From Paragordius varius (lineage: Eukaryota > Animalia > Nematomorpha), in the NCBI GenBank assembly GCA_964247055.1, contig OZ176055.1, positions 62,001 through 126,000 on the forward strand: a DNA stretch of 64,000 bases, read 5' to 3'. Made by a program: the position numbers and the translations under genes. Of the stretch, positions 29,401 to 38,266 are shown piece by piece (within the stretch, counting starts at the first letter, position 1; each line of letters begins with the position of its first letter). The notes below the pieces were generated by a model, which was given only the letters and a program-made list of their open reading frames with translations, had not been told where the DNA came from and ran no database searches.

Positions 29401-32400
29401 GAACTTTATCCGTCCCGTTCTGTCGCTATTTGTTTGAATCCATACGCTGATGGATTAGCCTTAAATCTTTGGTGTTTCATGGGGTAAATAATGCTGCTAC
29501 TTTTAAGGAATTGGGAATTTTATGCTAAAATAAAATAGCTTTTTAATTTTCATCATTTTATTGATTAATTCCTACTTTATATACAGCTATTTAAGACAGC
29601 TCTAATATATGATTTTGATATATAAATCTAATATTTTTTGCTTTTATCAATTGATAAAGAGAGAGAAGGCATCGTTTGATATTCAAAATATTTTTTACAT
29701 ATTTAAAGGTGCCCTCTATAGCCCTTAATAACAAACAGTAAAAATTGAAATACAAACAAAATATAAAAATTTAAAGGCAAATTTTTATTCAAGAGATAAC
29801 CATATATTTTGTTTCTTGAATTTTTCGAAAATAACTCATCATTTAGGATCGAAATAGGGAATAGGAATAAGCGTTACGCTCGATTATGTTATCTTAATTG
29901 TAAAATAGTTTAATAATTGGGGAGATATAAGTAGTTTTTTATAAAAAAATTACATTTTGTATTTTTTATTACATTTTGTCAGTTCAACAAATATATTATT
30001 TTGCCTTAGAATATACGCTGGAAATACCACAATAATTGTCCCAACTGAAAGTTTAGAGACTCATCCTTGGTTATGGATTACTACTTTATCTCAATACAAA
30101 AGTTCGCTTTACATTATTAAATTGATATAAAAAAAGCTTATTTAATCAACACTTTAATTTATGTTTTTAGTTCGAGATTCGTTTTGCAATGAAGACGTTT
30201 TGATCAAAAGCTTCCAATATTTTAGTAATCAGGTAAACTATATAATTGAATTATAAAGATAAAACGTAAAAATTATATTAAGTTTTATTTTCAAAAGACC
30301 TATTTTTAAAATATTAATTTTTTCACATGGTTTGACCTATAATATAATTTAGTTGATTTATAATTTAAAAAAGTCGTTTTAAAATCATATCAAAAACAGT
30401 ATGTTGCCTTTTAAAAAAATATTTTCTCCTAGTTTTTGTTGCGTTTTGTCTATATAACTTCAACTTTTACTGTACTAAAAAATTGATAAGAATTTGTTTG
30501 TAATTCTATTCAAATATATATTAAGCAGTCTTGGGACAGATCCACAATTGCGTTATCAAAAAAATCTCAAAATCTTTTCTCCATGTTATTGTACCCGTCA
30601 TCACCATCACCAATCATAAACTCCGACCAATTTTTGTCATTTAGAAGTTCTGAACTCAATTTGTCTCTGCAAATGAATGATCATCTCTCCATGTTAGATC
30701 TTTCCCTCGTGCGCAATTTGATTGTGGTCGGTTGTGGAAGACCGGATGCTCAATTCCTCGCACAATTTGGACTTTTATTCAGTGCACTTTTTCGATTACC
30801 CCCTAAAGCGATAACCGCTTCGTTTGGCTCGTATGTTAATTTCGCAATCTGTTTACAGGTTAGGGTTTGAAATGGTTATATAGGATTTTTTTTGGTTTTA
30901 CCACACTAATATTCAGTAAAAATTTAAATGATACAAGACAAATATTTTTTTAAGACATTCATTCTTTGATAAACCTTACTTTTTCCCACTTTAACTCTGA
31001 AATCAAAATATTTATATATGATAATGAGTTTATTAACAATTTACAACTCTATTCCTTATTTCGCAACCCTAACCCATAGATTATATTATAAAAAATCACG
31101 CATTCAGAAATATGGTTATTTTTAAATAAAAATATTTGCCTTTTAGTTTTTAACTTGTCGGTATAATTTCAATTTTTACTGTATTTACGCTCTCTTAAAT
31201 TGTATCAGTTTATTAAAAGTTTTTTTAACATTTTTAAAGGGAACAACGAATCCTTCCTCAACTCACGTGTACATTGATGCCCGATCCTTGCATTATGATC
31301 GCATCACTTTGGTTGAAAAAGGAAGTCCCTACAGCCTTAAAGTTATGGAGTCTGGAAAGGTTCGGTTCGCTATATATTATTTTTTTGCCAATTTCTAACA
31401 ACTTCAGGATCATACAAAAAAATTAATAAACACACTATGTACTAAATTTTTGAAGCCAAAAATATTTTTTTAAATCGTGCTATATATAATGTATTGTAAA
31501 TACTTTATCAAATAAAATGGGTGTCCTCCTCAAGAAATCCGCATAATTCTCATAAAAGCAAAATGACAAAATTCTTGTAATTTACGTCTAAAAAATGGCA
31601 TTAAGGCTTTTAGGTTTCTCTTGAAAAGTTACTTATATGGCAAGATATAAAAAATCTTTTTTTTAATCCTTTAAATTATTTATATAGTTACTACCTGGAG
31701 TTTCAGTTGTGATTACGAACCCTTCGAATAACTGTTTGTGCGCGGATTCACACTTGGGAGAAATTTGGGTGAATAGTTTACACAATGCCACAGGATACTA
31801 CTCTAGTGCTCAACTTTGTGGTATAATTTGCATTAAACTGTCCTTTTAAATAACAAAGCTTTTTATATTTACAATGGTCAGGCCTTATGAATAAACTAAA
31901 AACTTGCATGTAGTGGACTCTCTTCTTTAATTATGCAAAAAATGGTTAATATCCGCATTATGACCATTTTTCTTTTAATTTTCATTTTTTAAGGAATATA
32001 TGTATTATTTAAAAATTTAATGATAAAATTTTTTTTTTACACATAAGTTCATTCAGTATCCATAATTTATTCACTGACTAGAAAGCTTGCTGGATGGATT
32101 ACTTAACTTTATAGATTTTGATTTAAAAAATTTGAACCTTATATAAATGATGATTACTCTGAGATTTATTAGGAAAAGCCGTTTATTGTGATAGCTTAAT
32201 TATTCTATTTAGGTTTTTTGCCTTCTTCTCACCAAGCAGGAGAAGCCAATGTAAGACCCATAAAGTCATCACTCAATATGGATATTGGTAGTCAAAATCT
32301 TTCAAACGCTGATTTCGCATGCAAGCTGGCTTTGAGTTTCGATGATGATAATCGCACATATGCAAGGACCAGATATCTTGGATTTATACGCCGGACAGAT

Positions 32401-33871
32401 ATGAAGCAATCTGATGGATGTAACATACACACCCTTTACTTTTACAATATATTATATATTACAAAGAGAAAATTTATTTTTCATAACTTAATCAAAATGA
32501 CTTTTCTGAGGGATATGCATTGGGGTTAAATTTTGACCATTTACTGAGTTAAACTATTACTTTTCTAAACAAATAAAAGCTTTTAAGGCCGCAATTACGG
32601 TCAGAATGCATTTTTTGAGACTAAAACTTGTGTGTCTTTACTAATTACCAAGTATTTCGATATTTACGATGAATATAATTTAAGTTAAATTTTTTAATTT
32701 TATGACTTAGCGTATCACGATGCCCTTTATGTGATCGGTTCAATGGATGAAAGTTTGTGGATCCGAAATTTGAGATATTTCCCAGTTGATCTTGAGAACA
32801 CAATCTCTAAATGCCACAGGCATGCTGGTCCAAGGTTAGCTATTATCTGTTTTTAACATAAAATGCTTAATATAAAGTAATAATTAATATGAAGCAAAAT
32901 AGGTATAGGTATAAGAATATTTTTTAGTTTATAAGCCTATTTTTTAAATAAGTTTTTTTAATAAAATTTATATGATTTACAAAAATTAAAGGATAGTATA
33001 AACCGGAAACACTCTCAATTTTATAAAATCATAATCATATTGGAGAAAAACGAGGAATATATTTTTTCTTGTGAAAATACTGTAAAAGCTGAAATTATAC
33101 GGAAATAAATATAAAAAGTCAAATATTTTTTTCAACAAATACTTTTTGAATCTCGATTTTTTTAAATATTACTCGTGGTTGAAAAGTATGAAATTGTGTA
33201 TATCAGTAAAATAATCAATTATATATTTTACAATTGTTGTTTTATAATTTATGTGAGAAAAATTAAGGTTTAAAAAAAATTATTGATTTTAAAAAAATTT
33301 TTGTCTTTATTACTTTACTTATTGTCCGTATAATTTCAATTTTTACTATGTTGCCTTAACTTTTTAGGGAACTATATTTTTAATTCCCTATTTTTAACAA
33401 TAAATCGCTAATTTTTACTGTATTAGTATCGTTTTCACCTGGCCGGATAATCCCGATTTCTTGGTAGCGATTGTGGAATTAACCGTGCCTGAGCCAGCCC
33501 TTTTTTGGTTAACAAAACAAAATTTGGTCGCCTCATCAACGAACAAATTGTCAAAAGGCGAATCCAGGAAAAATAATTATTCAGGCGGAATTGAAACATT
33601 GTTAGCCCTAGATTTAGTTCCAGCAATCACAAATTCTTTGCTACAAACTCATCAGGTCGTAATTGATGTCATATGTATTGTGGATGAAGGAACCATCTCT
33701 AACAACCTCAATCAAACTAATGGAAAAAAAGTGCTTCTTTTATCAAACAAAAACTTAGGCGCCAGTTTATTCGCCAATAATAATTATTGTCGCCAAAATG
33801 TGAGGGCGAGTTTATGCGAAGCTTTTCTCAAAGACGCTTTAGACCCGATTTATGTGGCTTATAATATGTAG
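1445..33871 (+). CDS. DIP2: Disco-interacting protein 2 homolog (two AMP-binding-like domains); 5'-partial, 44 exons
   Basis: Phase-compatible GT-AG exons: 1445-1624, 2359-2601, 2673-2721, 2787-2877, 2956-3037, 3403-3470 ([13 protein letters not shown]), 3864-3930, 3971-4038, 4403-4526, 4831-4961, 5203-5313 ([21 protein letters not shown]), 15686-15848, 17096-17184, 17593-17689, 17919-18005, 18109-18221, 18529-18631, 18714-18778, 19088-19181, 19216-19353, 19955-20069, 20392-20576, 21473-21660, 22297-22383, 22461-22585, 22925-23009, 23542-23640 ([10 protein letters not shown]), 23918-24050, 25942-26057, 26459-26542, 26826-26952, 27391-27432, 27762-27889, 28229-28361, 28932-28996, 29350-29483, 30010-30101, 30171-30232, 30529-30858, 31240-31359, 31688-31820, 32213-32419, 32711-32834, 33427-33871. 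Ends in the canonical DIP2 C-terminus [10 protein letters not shown]. The low-complexity 5' exons and 17096/17593 are less certain. Confidence 0.95.
3522..3829. mobile_element. Foldback-like MITE family F (TIR CCATTTACA + 21-bp tandem units, TA/TATA target)
   Basis: TATA|CCATTTACAATTCAA...(TTCACCCTTGAACAATTCAAA)n...(GGGTGAATTTGAATTGTTCAA)n...TGTAAATGG|TATA. Other copies: ~5490-5777, 15319-15569, ~19398-19699, ~23050-23492, ~27451-27699, ~28529-28835, 40306-40991, 42573-42865, 61443-61801. Confidence 0.85.
5252..5862 (+). repeat. Direct repeat copy A (3' part of DIP2 exon 11 plus ~550 nt of intron)
   Basis: Aligns by eye to 15083-15662, including the same embedded foldback MITE and the same unique flanks (e.g. 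aaccataata..., aattaacctctcaactaatatttttatgtttta). Confidence 0.9.
5411..5446. repeat. (TA)n microsatellite
   Basis: Uninterrupted TA run; others at ~24197, ~25674, ~45593, ~45833 and ~63246. Confidence 0.9.
5858..6160 (-). pseudogene. CDK2: CDK2 5' fragment (exons 1, 2 and part of 3), truncated at the insertion junction
   Basis: Exon 1 6160-6045 (116 nt, [24 protein letters not shown]...), 29-nt intron, exon 2 6015-5938 (78 nt, [25 protein letters not shown]), 25-nt intron, exon 3 from 5912 ([18 protein letters not shown]), then the sequence switches to DIP2 intron. PSTAIRE and the MENF N-terminus favour CDK2 over CDK1. No remaining CDK exons were seen in the window. Confidence 0.85.
6240..6261 (-). 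promoter_or_regulatory. Candidate E2F/CDE-CHR (DREAM-type) cell-cycle element upstream of the CDK2 ATG
   Basis: Minus strand reads TTTGAA-TTGCGC-GAAT-TTTGAA: a GC-rich CDE/E2F-like core, 4-nt spacer and CHR hexamer, ~80 nt upstream of the ATG in otherwise very AT-rich DNA. Motif match only. Confidence 0.45.
6520..7310. mobile_element. Long palindromic (foldback/MITE-like) element
   Basis: Nested inverted pairs: aaagtcttaatttctttcgcccttctaa (~6631) vs ttagaagggcgaaaaaattcagacttt (~7185); catggtggaaacggttaa (~6806) vs ttaagaccgtttccatcatg (~7037). Ends approximate. Confidence 0.7.
7603..8132. mobile_element. TTAA-flanked non-autonomous transposon (piggyBac-like), copy 1
   Basis: TTAA|CACTTCGAT...ATCCAAGCG|TTAA; the interior aligns with 56333-56913. 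Confidence 0.75.
9324..12485 (+). CDS. Unidentified multi-exon gene inside the DIP2 intronic insert; weak resemblance to the C-terminal half of GH38 (Golgi alpha-mannosidase II-like) proteins
   Basis: Stop-free, phase-compatible GT-AG exon chain: 9324-9429, 9497-9611, 10592-10763, 10957-11091, 11251-11485, 11545-11574, 11640-11724, 12169-12310, 12387-12485 (TAG). The last five exons are the best supported. Family call rests on remembered motifs only (IKNGIFLD...F.PRR, SFYP, ELWMD...LTQTD, LSLT...VTL). Confidence 0.6.
9628..9910. mobile_element. hAT-type MITE
   Basis: TIRs CAGGGGTGTCCAAC / GTTGGACATTCCTG with subterminal CGGCCC/GCCCG motifs; no intact 8-bp TSD. Confidence 0.75.
12585..12970. 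mobile_element. Palindromic MITE-like element
   Basis: aaaactgtgttgtcgttttgctaaatttaaacatgttaaaat (~12618) is the inverted counterpart of attttaccatattaaaatttaacaaaaccacaaaaaacggtttt (~12890); outer arms also pair. Confidence 0.55.
15083..15662 (+). repeat. Direct repeat copy B: acceptor-less partial DIP2 exon copy plus intron
   Basis: TCTATGGCGTGC...TCCAAAAAAGTTATT matches 5252-5319. No AG lies between the in-frame TAA at 15067 and the copy, so it has no canonical acceptor of its own. Confidence 0.9.
16091..16993 (-). mobile_element. RTE-clade LINE fragment with an internal inversion, (AC)n tail and 9-bp TSD
   Basis: Minus 16720-16091: [26 protein letters not shown]...YGSESW...FRKILRISW...[12 protein letters not shown] then an (AC)n tail. 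Plus 16721-16995: [10 protein letters not shown]...GARIGG...LRYADD...[11 protein letters not shown]...IELT. TSD TGTCTTTAT at 16082-16090 and 16994-17002. Frameshifts and a deletion are present. Confidence 0.85.
21772..22032. mobile_element. MITE with ~70-bp TIRs
   Basis: caacataaaatggagatcattattattagcctaccattgcaattagaagtcatagta vs tactatgatttctaatagtaatggtaggcttataacaatgatttccatattatgttg (inverted). Confidence 0.7.
23050..23492. repeat. Family F copy with a ~12-unit 21-bp array (63-bp higher-order repeat)
   Basis: Units at 23226-23480 cycle through gggtgaa / gggtaaa / ggtagaa variants about three times. Confidence 0.8.
24219..25620 (-). mobile_element. Degenerate RTE-like LINE (RT region with a PHD-like zinc finger), flanked by (TA)n tracts
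   Basis: Minus-strand pieces: [67 protein letters not shown]...[22 protein letters not shown]. Many frameshifts and deletions. (TA)n at ~24197-24218 and ~25674-25697. Confidence 0.8.
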
Positions 33872-35292
33872 AGATGTCTTTTTTGAACAGTATAATTGAA
33901 ATAATACAGACAAAACGTAAAAAATGGCAGATTTTTTGAAAAAAGACAACCATGTGTATTAATTCTTAATTTTTTTAATATAACTCATTCTTCTGAACTC
34001 TAAAATCTGATATATCGTTGTAAATTGGTAACATCTTAATTATATAATTTCAAGGTTTTAAGTATGGTTTTCGTTTGAAAAAAATGTGTCTTTATATTTT
34101 TAGGTTTTGTCTGTATAATTTCGATTTTTACTGGACAGCTACTTAATATATGATGCAAACTAACTACTTTATATTTTTGATTTTATTACATTAAAAATTA
34201 AAATTATACGGACAAAGCGTAAAAATATAAAGACAAATAATTTTTTAAATACAAGCATACTTTTTAAATTTTGTAATAAATTAAACTAATTGTTTTTGAT
34301 TGCAAAGTGTGGAGTATATTGGTAACACAATCAAATACATATTTAATGTTCTTTTTTAAATAAACATTTTGACTTTATATATTTATGTTTTGTCCATATA
34401 ATTCCAACTTACTATAATTATTTATTGATTAGTGCAATTTTTAAATTCGTTTTTTTGTTCAATCAAAATGTGAAGAGATGCAAAATTCATTACAGCATTA
34501 CGTATTTTGATAATTTATACAACATTGAATATTTTGTGCAAGATAATAAAATGGCGCATTTCACATTTTTTTCATATGAATGGTATTCTTTGCATTTATC
34601 AAAAAACCCCTGTATTTATATATAATGCTCAAATTTTATTAGCACTACAATATTTGTACATTTTTATACTTTAAATTTTTAATTTTAAATAATTTTAGTC
34701 TTATATGCAATAAATATATTATATACTTGGAATATTTTATTCGAGTAGTTCAAAAAATGTAATCGCCAATTTCGGTTTTTTAGCTTAAAACTAAACTAGT
34801 AAAATATTAGTAGTTAAAATATTATGATGTATTGCTCAATTTTCGTAAAGATTTTTTAAATCCTAATAATTGTACACCTTTAAAATGTAAATACAATAAA
34901 ATATGAAATTATATACGGACAAAAAGTAAAAACTAAAAGACCAATTTTTCTTAAAAAGAAAACAAAATTTTTTAAATTTAGATTTCTGTTAAAAATAAGT
35001 TAATTAGTTTATGTGGGAAAAATTAAGGTATAAAAAAGCATAATTCCTTTTGGAAAAAAATATTTGTCTTCTCCGTTCTGCCCGATCATTTTTTAATGAA
35101 AATTCAACGTTAAAACGGTTATAAAAAGGATAACAATTGACTAGAATATTTATTAACATATATATATACATTATGCATAGTTGATATCAATATTACAGGA
35201 TTTATAGTTATGATTGAAATAAATAATTTGGATTGTTGAGAATTTTACCATTTTGATTTGTTCATCACGTTTAGGTTTTTCTTAATATAAAA

Positions 35293-38016
35293 TTATTTGA
35301 AAATATTTTGGCGATAAAATTTAAGTTCCTCAATACTTTCCTTTATATCTTCAAGCGCTCTAAATATAAAATTTTTTAAATACAGTAAAAAATGAATCAT
35401 ACAGACAAATTCGTAAAAATATAAAGACAAATATTTTTATCTAAAAGACAACCATACTTTTTCAAACCTTAATTTTTCCTATATGAGCTATTTAATTACG
35501 ATTGTAAAAAATAAAATTGATTGTGTTATTAATATATATATTATCTTTATTTTACACTTTGCCATTTATAAAGAGTTATTTAAAAAAATCAAGAATTAAA
35601 AAGTATGGTTTTCTTTAAGAAAAAAATATTTGTCTTTATATTTTTACGTTTTCTCCGTATAATTTCAGTTTTTAATATAAAATAAAATAAGTAATAATCA
35701 AAAATTAAAATTTACCTATGATGGTTTAATTTTTCTGGCATTTTGGCATATATACTAGGGTACCATCGTCTAAAAATATATATTAAAGCAAAAATAAATT
35801 TATAAAAAAATAACATAAGATGTAAGATTACCATTTTTTTAGAAATAAAAATAAATTTTTCATAAAATTTATTACATTCTTCTCTATTCCTTATTTAGCA
35901 ACCCAAAACAATAGAATTTTGTTTAAAAAAGGCAAGGTATAAAATATTTTGGTTGTTTTTCAAAAAAGTCTTTTTATTCCAAAGTTTTCGAACTTGGCCA
36001 ATTCTTTGATAGAGCTGACATCCACATTCCTGTAATGGAAATATTCATCAACTTCGGGCATATATTGTTTAAGGAATAAACGGTCCATATAAACCGTATT
36101 TCCTGACAAGGGGCATTTTCCAAAAGGAATATTACAGAATCGAAGCATTGACAGAATTTGTTGGCACGCTTTTTGTTCGGTCACATCACTTTCGCGAACC
36201 AGATTAAGTAAACCGGACTAATTTTCAAGAAAGATATATTATGGATTATAATTACAAATTTTTTTTGTTTTTAGTAAAACTATATTTTAAATATATAACT
36301 ATTACATATATTCAGCCATATTGAGTTTATAATAAATAGATATAATAGATAATTTAGCGCTTGAACAGATATAGTTTTTTGCTCAAAAGAAATTAAAAAC
36401 AATTTTTTTCTATTTCGGATCTGCATGGACATGTGATAAAAAATCTAATACCGCTATATATTGAATTTTGCAAATGATGTTTTTATAGTAAATAATTTTA
36501 CCCTACAAAAAAAGATATAATACAGTAAAAACTGAAATTATACGGACAGAACTTAAAAATATAAAGACAAATATTAAAAAAACAATAGTTTTTATATCTT
36601 ATTTATTTGAATATAACTTATTATTTTAAATGGCAAATGAAATAGAGATATATACTAATAAAACAATCAATTTTATATTTTACAACTGTAACTAAATAAT
36701 TTATATGAGACATAATAAGGTTTTAAAAATATGTTTGTCTTTTAGATAAAAATATTTGTCTTTATATTTTTACGTTTAATCCGTATATTTCAATTTTTAC
36801 TGTAATTAAAATGTATGAGCAAATCAATTGTTTGTGCAGATCAGAGAATGATCATTTCAATTAAACTATACATAAGTGTTAGTAAGTTAGAAAGTTACAT
36901 TTTCAATAAACTAAAAAAAATCTAAAAAAAATAATCCATATCAAAGGTTTATTTGCTTCCGATGTCTGATGTTCTTGGCTTCTAAAAAGATTTTTTAGAA
37001 AGTGGAAAAGAGTTTATAAATTACTAAAAGATGTACTTTTGGAAGAACGTGTTTGTATGTAAAAAAAATTGCAGAATTTTTGATTTTGTACTGCAATCAT
37101 CCGATATGTGATCCGCACAAACAATTAAAACTTGCATATACTTTTTTTTGATTATGGTTACATTTTTTATTTAGTAAACATCACCTGTTGCACATATATA
37201 TAGATAGCACTATTAAATTTTTTAGTTCAATGGATCGCCTATGCAGATGCTATAATATGCATTTGCCATAATAAATTATAAATATTATTTAGACGAGCGA
37301 TCTTTCGACTTTTTGGTTTATGACTGACTATTTTGTTCAAAATTATAAAAATAGAAATTAAAGCATCGAAATTTTTTTGAAGAACAAATAAATAAATATT
37401 TTTAAACAAATTCTAACGAAACAGAAAAAATGTTAAATAAAAAGTTTTATCATTTTAAAATTTAATAAACTATATATTTTTAGATTTGGCCCACGAAGTC
37501 ATTTGAGTTGAGTATGCCTGACATATGAGTTATATACCAGAAAAGTTGGGATTAAACTTTATAAAGAGTTTGGTGATAAAATTACTATAAAAAAAACATT
37601 AAAACCCAAAAACAATACTTATAGAATAATGTACTATACCTCTTGGTGGACTTTCTTACACCAATCATTCATATTTTCCAGCGTTTCCTCATCTTGATGT
37701 AATACTATGACAGGGAACTAAAATTATATTTCATTCAAACTTCTTCAATGACAAATAAATTGGTGTCTGTAACTAACATAGCAATCTCCAAAATTTTATC
37801 TTTGCCAGGATTTAAACCAGTCATCTAAATTATTTTGTGTAAAACAAACGAATATAAAACTTCCATATCCAGCCAGACCATGTGATCTGAAGACAGTATT
37901 CGACTGTCTCTCCGACTAAATCGTCTTGTGGGCGAAGCCATAAAAGTTTTTGGATGAATCGCAAAAAGTTTGACCCAAGTTGAGGGGATGTTTTTTAAAA
38001 CACTCACCCAAACCAT
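35293..38016 (-). CDS. REXO2: Oligoribonuclease (DEDDh 3'-5' exoribonuclease)
   Basis: Exons 38016-37861 (...MVWLDME), 37824-37741 ([15 protein letters not shown]), 37717-37640 (MNDWCKKVH), 36217-35994 (SGL...[15 protein letters not shown]...[14 protein letters not shown]), 35769-35716 (RWYP...HHR), 35359-35293 ([21 protein letters not shown]). Catalytic D, E, D, H, D are present. The start codon is uncertain (38016, 37941 or 37881). Confidence 0.95.
36523..36802. mobile_element. MITE family A copy in a REXO2 intron
   Basis: TA|CAGTAAAAACTGAAATTATACGGACAG...CCGTATATTTCAATTTTTACTG|TA. Confidence 0.85.
36811..37145. mobile_element. Additional palindromic MITE-like element
   Basis: gtatgagcaaatcaattgtttgtgcagatca vs tgatccgcacaaacaattaaaacttgcatatac (inverted). 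Confidence 0.5.
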
Positions 38017-38266
38017 ATGATGAGGAATTAATTTTTGCAAAATATAAATATATATATTTAAATTTCCTCGATTATCTCAAAATTTTAGACTTTCTATAAT
38101 TTATAGCTAATATGTTTTAACGTATTGGCACATGGACATATGGACCTAATTAATTTCAAGCCTCGCTTTTGTCGCCTCTTATGTTGGAAAAACAAGTCAT
38201 TTATATTTTCGATGGATCCATAAATTGCTAAAATCTGTTGATTTAAAAAAAAATATTCTTAATCAA
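38017..38266. promoter_or_regulatory. Probable bidirectional promoter between REXO2 and ZDHHC
   Basis: Divergent start codons only ~250 nt apart and no MITE in the gap. Inferred from gene arrangement. Confidence 0.5.
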
